A stretch of 60,894 nt of DNA, filler included, from Sphacelaria rigidula (taxonomy: Eukaryota), in NCBI GenBank assembly GCA_964200075.2. It is 3 parts of 3 records of this genome, joined end to end, with 100 filler letters (N's around TTAATTAATTAA, not from the genome) between each part and the next. Parts side by side here need not be neighbours in the genome. Positions count along the whole stretch, not along the records: positions 20,348 to 40,586 come from CAXNAA020000556.1; positions 40,687 to 60,894 come from CAXNAA020000558.1; 1 more part is not named here. One strand, 5' to 3'. Under the pieces are notes generated by a model that had not been told where the DNA came from, ran no database searches, and saw only the letters and a list, made by a program, of their open reading frames with translations. Numbering within the stretch: the first letter of the stretch is position 1; each line of letters starts with the position of its first letter. Position numbers and translations under genes: made by a program. Positions 25,601-44,882 of this stretch are shown here, piece after piece.

Positions 25601-25716
25601 CTGGAGATATGCGTCCACCTCGCGTTCACCCCTACTAATCCTTGTGGCACCTGTGGGACACTTCCAGCGCCTGTACCCCCAGCACTTTTATTTCCACCAC
25701 CTAAATCTGCGGACAT
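22690..25716 (-). mobile_element. Degenerate, spliced DNA transposase, P-element/THAP9-like DDE type, truncated
   Basis: Phase-compatible exons 24418-24835, 23690-24159 and about 23213/23271-23462. They give YPCGLH...PW...CTG...CNVCSDL, HKRIVMMV...YSARNY...RIGGPSLLDTLHQAAGMPSVSW and WTLMADEIAVNPRVKW, resembling the LPSxxT...LxxDEMxI signature. A candidate first exon 25499-25716 carries a CPCG...HxxxxxH zinc-finger-like motif but does not join in phase. Downstream sequence is frameshifted and no later catalytic residues were found. Confidence 0.6.
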
Positions 25717-25922
25717 ATTCTTCTCGACTAAAGGCTGGCACAAGCCGGGAAAAGCCGTTCAAGTACGTGCTGCACAGTACAGTGGCTACTATCGTCATCA
25801 TCCACCTGATGAGGGGGGTACCTACCACCCAAACTGGGGTACCCCCCCCCCCGGTCGCCCAGAATGAGGTTTTCGGGAAATTGGGGGGGAGAAAACCGTT
25901 TTCCAGTCTGTAGGGCCCCTTG

Positions 25923-26107
25923 ACTCGGCTCCTGGTGTCCTGGTTTGTTCGCCGGCTCTGAATTTTTCACTATTTTTTCAAGTGAAAGTGATACCGATTC
26001 AGAGGAGGACCTGACCTGGCGGTCAAACGGTCTCATCATCTGATGAATCGCCATCACTTTCACTTGAAAAAATATAACAAAACAAACCAGGATACCGGGA
26101 GCCGAGT
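25923..26107. repeat. Imperfect hairpin
   Basis: ACTCGGCTCCTGGTGTCCTGGTTTGTT...TTTTTTCAAGTGAAAGTGAT pairs with ATCACTTTCACTTGAAAAAA...AACAAACCAGGATACCGGGAGCCGAGT. Confidence 0.8.
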
Positions 26108-26215
26108 TTGAGATACATCTAATAAAGCTAAAAATACAGCTTCATTTTCTTCATTTTAGTTTTCCAAATTTTCCCATTTTCAGGGAAATTTTGAGGAGAA
26201 ATGAACACTGCTCTT

Positions 26216-26663
26216 GAACACGGGGTCTTACAAATTGGCGATGGATCTTTATTGGGGATGAGAAACCCGGAGCATTAAAATCTTCGTATCCACATCGAAG
26301 CTTCGAAATATTATTCCATTTCTACACCTACTGATAGCTAGTGACAACGGCTGCACCCCATACAAAATTGGATTTCGATCACCGAAATGTTGGGGTCCTA
26401 GGTGGAAAAACAATTTTTGGGAATTCCGGGTGTCCGAACGGACGTCAAAATGCTTCCCAAATTGGTTTTACAGCTAGGACCCCAACATTTCGGTGACCGA
26501 AATCCAAATTTATATGGTGTGTAGCAGTAGTTGCCAATAACTGTCAGTAGATGAAGAATTATAACCAAATTTCGAAGATTTAGTGTGGATACGAAGTTTT
26601 TAATCCTCCGGCTTTCTCATCCCCAATAAAAGATTCATCCCCAATTTGTAATATCCCATGTTC
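26216..26663. repeat. Long imperfect palindrome, about 200-bp arms and 40-bp loop
   Basis: For example TTTATTGGGGATGAGAAA pairs with TTTCTCATCCCCAATAAA, and CACCGAAATGTTGGGGTCCTAG pairs with CTAGGACCCCAACATTTCGGTG. Confidence 0.85.
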
Positions 26664-28343
26664 TTGGGGCTTATCTCAATTAAATAGCTCAACTTTTCTA
26701 GAATTAGGAGTGTTTTCGTGAGATTGAGAGTAGATGATACGATTGAGAGTGGCTGCTTTTTTTTTCTTTCCGGACTGAACATCATCTTGTTTTTGCTTAA
26801 ATTCCAAATGCCTGTAGCTCCTTTTCTCCGCTTCTTTGCTTGTCGCGTGCATTTCCTTCATGGAAGGTTGCTGTCAGAATTTCAACGTCAAACTCCTAAT
26901 TACATGACGTGCGTCGCCTGAGCGAGATTCACACTTACTCTTGGCTGGCCCAGCTCGTATTCGCCTCTAGACTGACCCACCATGTTCAACATCTATTTCA
27001 TTTGGTGGCATCCCCATCAATGTTGTTCGTCTTGATAAAAATGTCGTGTCAAAATCTCAGAGCCCAACTTCTCTCCTTCCCCACAGCAGGTCCGATACAT
27101 TGCAAAAATTACTCTTCACAGGACCCGGCGATGCAAGATACAGATTTGGTTCATGTAGCATCTGCTTGTAATATCCATTCATGGAGTTTTGTATTATGCT
27201 GGCTGGGCTCAAAGGAGCTTCATCCGAGCCAATCCCCCGCCTGGATGGGCGAAGTACTACCCATTCATCAAGTCTCGATGACTGGTATAGGATTCATTAC
27301 TGCCTGATTCTTCGCTCAAGACACTCGATATGACCAGAAACGTTTGAGGAAAAATTGTCATTTCACGAGCGCGTCTCAACATGACGTTGCAGGATCAAAT
27401 AAAAACGCGCAGCTCCTCCACAGAACATGATCTTCGACGTGAAGAGCAAAACAGGCGAGTCCCGTACTGCTCCTCTCCAGACCACAACCTCTGCTGGTGT
27501 ATGCATGACGTGCCCGCAACCTCCGCCGACGAGGGTCTGGGGGTAGCATGAGGTACTTCAGCGCTACTTCCCATCCTCAACCCCACCGCCGAGTACCTCC
27601 TGGCTTGCTGATCACAGCAGCGTGAACAACGCGGCGAAGTGTATCAGCGCCAAGAGACGCACAGTTGTACTGAGCGATTTTCACGCAATACGCTGATGAC
27701 TGCACACACGCTCGATTCACCCACCACCCCTCAACCACTCGTCTCGTATAAACAACCGGACGATCCAATCCCCGACCCTTTTTTTCACAAGCTCTCCTCT
27801 TTTTATACAGAGCGAATAACCGAGCTCCACCCAATCCAATTCGATCCATCCCCCCTACACTTTTCCCTTTTTAATTTCTTCCACCACGCTTCCTCACGCT
27901 ACAACCAACCTGCAATACAGCTCATACATGCTCCGCTACCCTGCCGCCCACCTACGGCACATGCACAGCCCAACGAGACTTCCCCTTGTGCCGCTATCTC
28001 TCACCGAACTACACAACAATCTAGCCTACACCCTAGAGCTCAGTACGTCAACACGAATTCAACGCAGTTTTGTAGTACCGCCACCCACCCACCTCCGACC
28101 TTGCAGTGTCGACAACTATCACCCTCGACCACACGCTGTTCACCTCCCACCCGTTCACCCTGCTCCCCGCCATCCCGACTAGAAATCTACCGGATCCCGT
28201 GTGAGATCTACCAATGAGGATCTTATATCGCATCATGGAGAATTCTACTGGATACATGGAACTGCCACCGCGACTCGAACGTACGACATTTTTTCACGAG
28301 GAAATAAGAGCCATGATTTCCGTGATAATGAAGGATTACTTCA

Positions 28344-34664
<6,321 letters not shown>

Positions 34665-35626
34665 GATTGTTGATTGAGCTGGCCTAGTGTTCGCTTTTTG
34701 TTGGTTTGTTGGAGGTGGGTGTCGTGTTGTGTTGAGCGGTGCGTGGCACGTTCCCGGTAAAACGTGTTGATGTGGTGTCCATTCCTGTGACATCTTACGT
34801 ACGTCAAAACAAGAAGAGGATACATCGTATAAGTATCGTACTGTACTGTATGGTCGATAAACCAAATACCAAATTATACAGATTTTACTTCTTCGCAGTT
34901 TTATTTTGCTCGCCGCGCGTGTGACAAAAATGTCAAAACAAATCATGAGCACCCCTCATAACATGTCGTTGATCAAGAAATAATGTGTTCCCCACCTACC
35001 CACGCCCGTGCTTCGATTCCACGCTGCGAAATTTATCTAGTAAACTGTGGGCTACTAGAGGAAAGATGGGAGATTGGTAGTCATTCACTGTACTCCCACT
35101 AAAGGTATCTACTCCAACTCGTGGTCCCCGATATATTTTATATTTTCATCTTTGTATATAGAAAAGAGATGAACTGGTGAACTCATCCTCTTTCGCACGT
35201 GTGTGTGTGACTTGTCGAGGGTCCTTGCCATTTTTATATGTTTTATTTTTCATGCGCCCATTTTGGGTAGTTTTGAGCCTGTACCCACGAAAAGCGCCCC
35301 CCTACCTGTTGAAACATTAGCAGTGCATACTTTTTTTTCGGCAGTCAGACAGAGAGTACTAGTTATAGGTCGGTGGGAATTATTTTTTAACGACAAAGAC
35401 AACAACCACATCTTGACTACAGTACAACAATCCTTTGGGGGTGATAAATAAAAAACAATTACTCCGAAAAATCAATAGGAACCGGCTCTCAACTCGCGCC
35501 GTATCTAAAACAACAGTAATAGCAGCAGATCATAGGTACAACAATAGTGCAGTCAGTAAATACTCGAAGACAAACTCAACAGGGTACATTGAAATTCTGA
35601 CAGTATATATCTTGTAGCGTTTTGCG
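34665..35626. promoter_or_regulatory. Divergent (bidirectional) promoter and 5' UTR region
   Basis: About 960 bp between two head-to-head ATGs (34664 minus, 35627 plus); relatively AT-rich. Confidence 0.55.
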
Positions 35627-37810
35627 ATGATTGCATCGTGCACCACCGCTACGGTGGCCACCCCCAGAGTTGCATTGGTTGCATTATGGATTGTTACACT
35701 CATAGGAGTATCTGATGCCTTCCTGCCTACGGCTACAATGCGCTCCGCGGGCGCCACTCCGCGAGGTAGCAGCAGCTACGGGGGGCGATCTGCTGTTGTC
35801 ATGAGTGCGGAGGGGGGAACAACTCGAGGTACGTTAGGCACGGTGTGTTGCGGTCATGTATGTTATGCTGGTAGTCATCGGGAAAAGTCGGGTGTCGATG
35901 GCTCTGCTATAATAGTGGGGAGCTCCCTTGGGCAGGTGATCAAAATGAACATGACACAGGTTAGGTTCGAACGTAAGATTTGCTCATGAAGCTGATCTCT
36001 TCTTGTCAGTAATACCGTACAACGACATGTTTCCCTGGACTGACTGAATCATGCCGGAGCACGTGTTTCGCGCACAATCAGCATGACCGTCGTGGACGCA
36101 GCTGTCAACAGGTTTGAGCTGATAGTATCGCGTAGTCGCTATTGTTGAACTGTTACAGCCATCAACAAGGAGCTGCTTTCATACCAGTTTCCCGCCTGGG
36201 CTACCCCGAGTTCACCCTCCCCCTCATCAGACCGCTCCTCCGAATCTCCGACCAGCTCTCTAGACTGACCGCGACCTTCCCCAGGAGCCGAAACAAGAAC
36301 AAGTGTCCGGATTGCATTTTGCAAGACTTGTGGGTCCATCCCCTCCGGCTTTAAAGGATGAGCGCCCTCGAAATCGCTGTCTCTTACTTCAAATCACGAA
36401 GTACGATGCAAATGGTACAACTGACAGGAACAACGACAGTCACAGTGGTAGCTTGTAACCCAACCTCAAGATTGGCATGACCAAGAGCTACTGTACGGAG
36501 TATAACACCCACCCCCGCTGAGTGTTGAGTTTTAATCTCAGTTTACAAAGCAACTGGCTGCCTCAGGCATGCTGCCGAGGTTTTCAAATTGTGGGATTGA
36601 GAACTTCTAATCGCTCTCTTCCATAAGCAGCATGTGTCGGTAGTGCAGCGCCTTGTATCTCGGGCAAATAAAGGTGCAAAAACGCCTTCCCCGACGGGTG
36701 CTGTGCTCCTTCATTGGCGTCGGAGGAAAATTCGAGAGTTATCCTCTCGTCAGGTACTTGTATGTCCCAGGATACACCGAGTGGAAGCTCGACACCTTCG
36801 CGTCTCACAAGAGAAACCCGGCCTCTCTGTCAGGTCCCTGCGAATATGTGAGACATGAGAGCACAAACTCATCAGTCGAGTGCGATATTGCATGTCTTTG
36901 CCGCTGCACGCCGCTGTTGTGCAGCGCACCACAGAGGGAGAATCCTGGCCCGCGAGGGCGCCAACACCCTCAAGCGCTTTTGCTCAGCCCAGAAGTTTTG
37001 AGTTACGACACGGATGCGCACTGCATCTGCCTCCCTTTATATAGGCAGAAGTGTCATGCCGCAGAAAACAATATTCTGATGTCCGCTTATCCATGATACC
37101 TATGGTGCTTTTTCTCGTAAGTACTCCAAGAAGGGGAACCATCGTTGGTACTTGGTTCGAACCCTGACGGTATTTTCATGTTACATGAAACGCGTCCACG
37201 CTCCCTGTTGCGTATCCAAACACACTAGAACAAGGACGATACCTGATCGAACGCATTTTGCCCACGTTGGGGTGGTCGAACAAAGATACCAAGTCATGGT
37301 CACACGAGCTTTGGTCTCTCAAATCGCGTTCCTTCTTGGGCAGCGTGCATGTACTTGGAATTGCTTGGCACATTTCACATGTTGCAACCATCCCCTTGTT
37401 GATCGCTGGCCCTGCGGCAGAGTCGCGTCCTGTAAATGTAAGGAAACCCGAACGAAAGGGGTGGAAGCGGTAGTGAATGGCACCCCTGGTGTTTTCAGAG
37501 ATTTCTTGCGAGCACATACATGGTCGTTTCGGCTTGCTAGGGGCGGGAACACAAACTCCGCGCACCGACCCCGGCCCTCCTTTTCTCAAGCGACGTCATC
37601 ATCGCCCCCGGTATACTCGCTTTACCGCTCTTCTTTTGTCGTCAAAATCGTAATATTTTACGAACCACTTGCCGGACGGGTACGGCAATGACAGAGGAGT
37701 TCAGCCGGGCAACGGTGGCTTCTTTGCTGGCGGGATTGACAGCCGCTGCAAATTTCGAGGCGGGGAACGCTGCATCGAAAGGAAAGCTAGTGATCAGCAA
37801 AACGGCATCG
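35627..37810 (+). CDS. First two exons of a plastid, probably thylakoid-lumen, protein; possibly an FKBP-type PPIase; 3' partial
   Basis: Exon 35627-35828 encodes a signal peptide ending VSDA|FLP (ASAFAP-like) and a Ser/Arg-rich transit peptide. Exon 37695-37810 joins in phase 1 to give TTREEFSRATVASLLAGLTAAANFEAGNA|ASKGKLVISKTAS. The ending KTAS resembles the TxSGL start of lumenal FKBPs, but the next exon was not found before the gap. Confidence 0.65.
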
Positions 37811-38922
37811 GTGAGGGGTTGACGCCGTTAATTTTATCTGCGTTTTGATCGGATATTCTTCGAGGGAAAACATAGCGACACGCCAGGGTAGCGGGGGTAT
37901 TGCACAGCGCTGCGTGCTGTTTATTTCAACGACAATTACCCCGACGACAACTTCAGATTCACGGTGATCACAATGCTCGTTGCTGATGGAACGCGATTCG
38001 GTTGATCAAGAAATACAAGTATGGAGCTCCCGCGAAATGTACCCGACGACACGCTTTTCGTCTCGTCCAGCAGAGGCACCGTGAATGCTGACAACACATT
38101 CTTGGCTGATCGTCCGTACTCTTGTTCCTTCGCTACGGTTTGTCCATCTCGATCGGGTTGGGCGTTTTTATGGCAGCGGCACACGGTACTGTAACCTTTC
38201 TGCGATGAAGAAATTCCTCGACAAGCAGCGCATTGCAAGCTCGTAAGGCAGAATACGGATCACTCAGCAAAGTAGGACAATCCGAGATCTTCACCCCCAT
38301 AGCGTCAACACACAGGTGTATGATATACCAGCAATGGTCATCCACCGCCGTTCACAACGTCTCCTCCTTTCCGGTTCATTTCTTCCGGCATGGCTTAAAG
38401 AACGTTCACAGTCTTCACCAACGGAAGTCTCGGCATACCAAACACACCTTGACTGCCACACACGGCGTCGCAAAAACAATCCCACACCGTGCGTTATTGT
38501 GACGTTTCTTCCCCTAGCACTGATTCGTAGGTACATGTGTATAAATTGTGGTCAGTATTGCCGCCATTGTCCACAAATTCCTGGACTCTAAGATGTTGTT
38601 TCCCGCGTGGCATCTACGACCCACGTCCTGTTCCTGTAACATGTGCATTCTACTTCTCTGCTTCGACAAAATCGAATCTCATTACCATATCCCCCCGTCC
38701 TCCCTCCTCCTGATTTCCAAGCGGATCTCGTGGTTGTCATCAGCCATCATCCAGAGATCGGCATTTCTTGACCTCTGAGCAGTGTGGCGCCGGCCATATT
38801 TTTCAATTTCAACACCAGTTTATTCGCCTATATACATATTCGTAGATGATGACGGGTATCGCGTGTTTTCGGCCTGGACGCTGCCTATTTGACCCCATCT
38901 CTTCAGGGTAATGTGCTGCGTA

Positions 38923-39291
38923 GCCGGTCGCCCCGGTGGCTCAGTTGGTAACTTCGAAACCTTTTGACGGTTGGGTCGTGGGTTTGACTCTCGGGGCGAT
39001 CTGTGATTTTTCTCACACACTGCCCAACAGTCGAGAGCGACCATGTCGTGGGTACACGAAGTTCGACTTGATGGTCGACGAGGGAAAGGGACTGCTGAAC
39101 CCCTCTCGCGATAAAAAATAAAATCAAGCACCGCAGACGGAAGGTGGAGAACCAAAATCAAACAGAAGAGAAAAAAAGCTCCTCTGCTGGCCTTCCTCCT
39201 ACGTGACCCCGGCTAGTGCGCCCACATATACCGAAAGGTGTAGACCGGCGTCCAGAATAAATGGGACTGTAACACACAACACACACACATA
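38923..39291 (+). mobile_element. tRNA-derived SINE
   Basis: tRNA-like head with A-box TGGCTCAGTTGG and B-box-like GGTTTGACTC, then a non-tRNA body and a (CA)n tail. Confidence 0.7.
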
Positions 39292-40586
39292 TGTAGGGGG
39301 GGGAATGATATTCACGCTCAGGAGCAAAATAAGGTGGCATGAGACAGGGGTAGGCAGAGTTTGTCCCTGCTTTGATTATTTATCACCGCCCGCGCGGAGT
39401 AGCCCTGTGGTGTTGCGAGGGGACAGCTACTCTCGTAGTGTGTCGCTTCCTACATCCCCGAGGAGGCGTGGATCACCTTGGCATCATAAGGTTTACATTT
39501 AAAATTGTTTGGTGAACTGATATGAACTTCGGTAACCAAACACCTTGGTTGAAACCCTAAAATGTGTGGGGGGAAAGGGCTCAAAATGTCACTTGACTTG
39601 GCTTTATTGCGATTGAACCTAGGCAGGTATGTTCTAGATACTGCTGTGCTGACGTTAGGTGCAAAAATCTTCTGCGCTGTGTAGTCTTTTGAAACGAGAA
39701 TTATAGGGACGTGATGTGCAGACCATGAGAAACAACGTGCGAAAGATTTCGTGGATTTTCTTCCATGCCGTGAATTTTACAGTGCGACAGAAGTTGGACA
39801 ACCTTGGGCGAAGACAAGGACCGACTGTGCAATATTGTGATGACCGTTAAACACGAAGAAATGGGCGAAAAACAGAGTGCAATCTCCAAACGAGTCCACG
39901 AATGATGTGACACGTGTCATAAGTAAGTACAACATACAGCAAAACTGGTCACCATCAGTGCAGTACGAGAACTAGAGAGCTTGGAATCGCCGACAAGATT
40001 CATGTACGGCGAAACCGTCGGGCTTATGATGTTGTTCTTAGTGATTTGTTTGGACGACATCTTCATTTTTTATGCTTGAACACTGCGCATAGTCGAGGAA
40101 ATCTCTGTCCACACCCTGCCAACTGAAGCAGCTCACCTTGCGCTGTGCAGCTGAGACGTATACCTGTCAAAAGTGTTGAGTGATGCTTCTAAACACCCCT
40201 ACCGTGAAAAAATAACGGAAGGTGAATTCGAAGCACGGTCTGCAAGTATCACACACACTATACACGGAGGTTATGAGCACAACCGTGGCCTCATACGAAC
40301 GCTACTAGCCAGCACTAGTCGCGTGTGCAGAGGCATCTTGCCGAGCTCCGTACAGCGAGAGGTATCTGCGATCGCGTCTCGGAGGGTAGAGTGGAGAATG
40401 ACCTTCGGGCTTGTACAAACACTGATATCTAGCGGTGGTGCTTTCGAAGGGACATCCATCAGCGATCTGTGCGCTATAGTGAGTAAAATCAAGTCGGGGA
40501 GGGGGGGGGGGGGGGCGAGGAAGCACAGACCGGGGCTCCGAAGAAGAGGACTTTTCTCGGGCCCGTTCTCCCTGCCCATCCATAGC

Positions 40587-40686
40587 NNNNNNNNNNNNNN
40601 NNNNNNNNNNNNNNNNNNNNNNNNNNNNNNTTAATTAATTAANNNNNNNNNNNNNNNNNNNNNNNNNNNNNNNNNNNNNNNNNNNN
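40587..40686. other. Assembly gap with artificial six-frame stop linker
   Basis: 100-nt N run with TTAATTAATTAA at 40631-40642. Confidence 0.97.
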
Positions 40687-40690
40687 GCCG

Positions 40691-40721
<31 letters not shown>

Positions 40722-41149
40722 AGCTCTGGAAACCCCCGGATTTCTCCGGACTGTCAGCCGGTACAACTGTTCCGAGGTGACGCTCGTCGTCTAAGGTTCA
40801 AGTGCTGTCGTCACCTGTAATACGGTACAACTCAGCGGTACCATTTTCCACTCTGAGATATAACACAAAACTGAACCCATGAGTTGTCTGACTTGTGCAT
40901 TCACTTGAAGCTTGGTACCAAGCGAAGACAACGCCGCCCCCCAAATCGCGCAGCGATCTCTCCCTGCAACGTATGATAGTTGTTACTACGATCTTTGATG
41001 CGATGACCATCTGTATCCACCACGAGGGAGAAGCACCAAATTAAAACAGGGCGGACGTTGTCCGTGCTTTGTTTAGTTGAGTGACTGATTTGATCTGATT
41101 AGATTTTATTCGATTGATCGATTATTACTGTACGCATTATCTTATTCCC

Positions 41150-42175
41150 GAGAGTCATTATCCAGCCTTGCCGTGGTCATTAGACACGGGATAGACGTTC
41201 GGCCCCGAAGGTGAAACAGAACGGAAACACCCACAGAAGAAAGGTAAACAAATCGGAAGAGTAGCACAGACAAACAGAGCAGGCTGACACAAAAAAAAAC
41301 GGGAGAAACTAGAAGTGGCCGGCCTCTGCATCATGGCTTCAGGTGGAGACGGGTCTGTCGTTAGCGCAAAAAGCACACTCACTCTCTCACCTATATCGAA
41401 ACGTCAAGGAAAAGTCTGTGGAAACAGATTGCACCTCAGCTATCTCGGCCAAACAATATTCCGGGTATGAGCTCTCACCCGTTAACCCTTTTGAGGCGAG
41501 GCGTCATACTATTTGCATGCACCGGAAGGAAAGAACACACGAACATACACATACAGAGAGAGGGGGATAGAAATAGAGAACAGACAGGAAAGCAGCTACG
41601 GAAGTTCTGGAGCCGAAGGACACATTACAGTAGCGCAGGTACAAAAGCACAATCCGAGAACACCCCAAGATCACCGACCAAGGCAAAAATTAACAATCAA
41701 AAGAAAAAGACAAGAGTACATCGGACTCTGTATCAACCCAGCTTCCCCCACTTATCCCTAGTCGGTTACAAAGCAGGACGTTCTCTCGGCCGTTTCCATC
41801 CTGAATTCCTCGCAAGCTTCTGCTGTTTCGTTAGCGGTGGCAGCTCTCCAGTTGGCGGTTCTTGACGCAGCAGCCTCTCTTCTGTGTCCGTCCGATGGAG
41901 ACCCCCGGATGTCTCTGGACTGTCAGCCTGCGAAACTGTTCAGAGGCGACGCTCGCGGGGTACGGGTTAATGTCGGGGACAAAACGCACCCTTATCTGAG
42001 TCCCTGGCAGACGTGGAAGCACGCTGAAAGTTCGCCATCACCCAGCTGTACCCGAGCTCGCAAGCCGTCGTGAAATATACGGATGACCGTGATCATTCGA
42101 GGCGGGACTCCCAACGGGGCAAGCACGCTCCAAAGGAGCGTGCGGTCTATGGTATCGCAGGCTCTATACAGCACA
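41150..42175 (-). mobile_element. Degenerate non-LTR retrotransposon (RTE-like LINE) fragment
   Basis: About 41975-42170 translates to RACDTIDRTLLWSVLAPLGVPPRMITVIRIFHDGLRARVQLGDGELSACFHVCQGLR*GC, matching RT motifs KAxDxVDR...GLRQGC with a nonsense change. The left boundary is approximate. About 41900-41957 has a related copy at about 40730-40786. Confidence 0.85.
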
Positions 42176-42654
42176 TGCATAATGGAACATTGTTCGTACG
42201 TGTCAACTGATCAACTGCTGTAGACGTGTCTGATCATTGACACTTTCTTCAACGCCAACCCCTTGAAAACCCGAAGAGTTTAGAAACCATTTTCGGTGTT
42301 CATTCGTCCTGGATAACGTCCCCGCCATACACATGTGGTTGTCTGCAAGTTGTGCCGAAATGGGTCCTCCTAACCCTTTGATCGCCAGGTTAGGGTATCT
42401 CTTGAATCGGCATTTTTTTTCCCCGTGAAAAGGGGTTGCATGACCATCAACACCCGCTCTGGTGGTATCGAGATTAATTCTCATCGCTCCCCCCCCCCCC
42501 CCCCCCCCCCCCTCCCCGCCTCGGCATGGCCTGCATGCGACCGACNNNNNNNNNNCCCCCGAAGGGGGGGTGTTACCCCCACCCCCCCCCCCCGGGGGGG
42601 GTTGGGGTTTTTTCTCTCCCCCCCCCCCCCCCCCCCCCCCCCCCGCGCGCGCGC

Positions 42655-42897
42655 GTTAGCCTGGTCCGGCGAAAACCTGGCGTGCTCCGTCCTGACCTTG
42701 TAGGGACGGACCCGCTATGGGGTTGGCGTCGCTGAGCAATGACGCTGTAAAACACGCCACTCACTGCGTAAGCTAGGCAACCAGGTTACCGATTGTTTTG
42801 CCCGCTTGCGTTTTTTTCCGGTAACCATGATGGTGGTCGAACTAGACCATATTGTGCGGAGCGGGAGAACCTCAACTCCGATTAAAGGGGATAATCA
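42655..42897 (+). mobile_element. Dispersed repeat, SINE-like, copy 1
   Basis: Inverted near-copy of 57451-57685; shares GTTAGCCTGGTCCGGCGAAAACC...CACTGCGTAAGCTAGGCAA...GGTGGTCGAACTAGACCATATTGTGCGG. Confidence 0.8.
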
Positions 42898-44215
42898 TAT
42901 TTTTTATACATAGTGCTTAAATGGTGAGACACCCATGAGGCGGTGTGTATGCCATGGCTGTCTCTGGAAGTGGCGATACCAGAAAATTTAAGCAACTCCT
43001 TAGAGGCTGTCATCTAAATGCAAGATAATAAGTACGCTGCGAACTGAATAATCTAAGCAGGATGCAGCTCACCCTTCATGCGACTCGATGAAGAAAGACA
43101 TCAGGTCGCTTCGCGCTTGGTAATAGATAGCGAACCTGGTTCAGCGAAAACCCGGCGTTCTCCGTCCCGGCTTTGCAGGTATGCGAGCTCAATGGTCACA
43201 TGCCTGAAGCATACAAGATCATGAGTACACCCCCCCCGCGCGCGCAGTTTTTGCTCTGTCTCGAAAGGGATGCGTGGTCAATTGGCAAACGACTAAGACA
43301 AACACATACGGGTATGCCCCTCCCCCCCCCTCCGCTTGCACCCATGTTGGTATGCATGGTACTGACTGTTATGTACAACTTTTACGCACCCTGTTGCCCC
43401 GTTGGGCGAGGGGTGGCATATCTGTCGGTCCGGCCCCCTCCCCCCCATTTTTCACCCGTCATGAAGAAGCTTTCATATTGTCCAAACCCCCCTTTTGAAG
43501 TAGTATGAAGTATGAAGGCTTCTCCAAGCCGTTCATTGGCTGTCGGAGTGTCCCAACGTACACAAACACACATACAGCTGGTTATACGAGCTGATCTCAT
43601 CCTCTGCCCTCCCGCTGTGGAGTGTTATTTGAGCGGTCTCCAGGAAAGTCGGGAAGTGGGGGTGTAATTTGAATCAGCACATCAGTCCGACCTTTTTCAC
43701 TCGCGTACTGAAATCTCGAAACAGAGTAAATCCTTGCTCGCACTCCAGGAACATTATTTTAAGGCGTGAACCAACTTCATTTTCACAAGTCTCACCACGT
43801 CTGGCAGCCTTGTTACTTGGATTAAAGGTACCCCGTCCCCCGCCTCCCGCCCTCCGCCCTCCGCCAATTTTGAGCTTGTAAAAATAATGTGTGTGATGTG
43901 TGTTACCAAGATCCGGTAGATGAGGTGAACAATATAACAAGTACAAACAACACTACATACCCGATCAACTCAACCCCAGAGACAAAATTGGGAAAGGAAC
44001 AATTGGAGACGACTCCGGTACGGTTACTTCGTAACATACGCAATGACATGCTTATTTTGTTATGCTTTAGTATCTCATAACCCCAGTGCAGAATCACATG
44101 GTTTACGTTGATGGAGTTCGCTTCCTTGTGTCGCTTGTCTATGTATGATATTGGCTATGAAGTTCGACCTAGTGGAACCGACTGACTCTGCTTCATGTTG
44201 ATGATCACGCATGTA

Positions 44216-44843
44216 CCCTTCAATGATCGAGTGCATACCCTTCTTTGCCCTTTTTTGTGAAGTGGTGACCGTATCGCCGGCTCCGCTCAAGATATGCCAG
44301 TCACAACCTTACTTGTTTTTTGGGGGCTTGTTTTTTGGGGGGGAAGTGACACCCCACCAAAAATTCGAAACTTAACGACCAAGAAATTGTAGCCGCCTAC
44401 TGATTGGCCCGCAGACCCGGGAGATCCGACGATGCATACCTCCAGGGCGCCAACGCTTGTGTGCCGAGGAGCACAAAGATCGAACGGCAAATTGCAGATC
44501 CCGCAACAGTCTGATGTTTCACATGACCACGCCACATAATGCCGTTCAGGCGTGTGTGCGTCGGCAAGTTTTTTTCACTCATGCTCGCTGGGTCTTCGTG
44601 AGCTCCGGCACACAAGCGTTGGCGCTCTGGCTGTATGCATCGTCGGATCTTCCAGGTCTGGGGGCCAATCAGCAGGCGGCTATAAGTTCTTGGTCGTTAG
44701 GTTTTGAACTTTTTGGCGGGGTGTGATTTCACAAAAAAAAAAGTATGGTTGTGACTGTTCGGCGTATCTTCAGCAGAGCCGGCGGTACGGTCACCACTTC
44801 ACAAAGAAGGGTAAAGAAGGGTATGTACTCGATCATTGAAGGG
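44216..44843. mobile_element. MITE with long (about 270 bp) terminal inverted repeats, TA-flanked
   Basis: TA|CCCTTCAATGATCGAGTGCATACCCTTCTTT ... AAAGAAGGGTATGTACTCGATCATTGAAGGG|TA; the arms pair inward to about 44480 and 44592. Confidence 0.9.
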
Positions 44844-44882
44844 TACATACGTTAACAGAAGAGGACGAGATACACACTTTGA

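Noticed and set aside
36159-36360. Second exon of the plastid gene, or a selenoprotein-like VRIAFCKTCG segment
   Set aside because: In-frame TGA in the required phase, not in a CxxU position; exon 37695-37810 gives a coherent targeting peptide instead.
38923-39000. Functional tRNA gene
   Set aside because: Degenerate T-loop (GTTTGA) and poor anticodon-stem pairing, and it continues into a repeat body with a (CA)n tail, so it is a SINE head.
42488-42654. Proline-rich ORFs / G-quadruplex cluster
   Set aside because: Poly-C/G low-complexity sequence around a 10-N gap (42546-42555), probably low-quality sequence.
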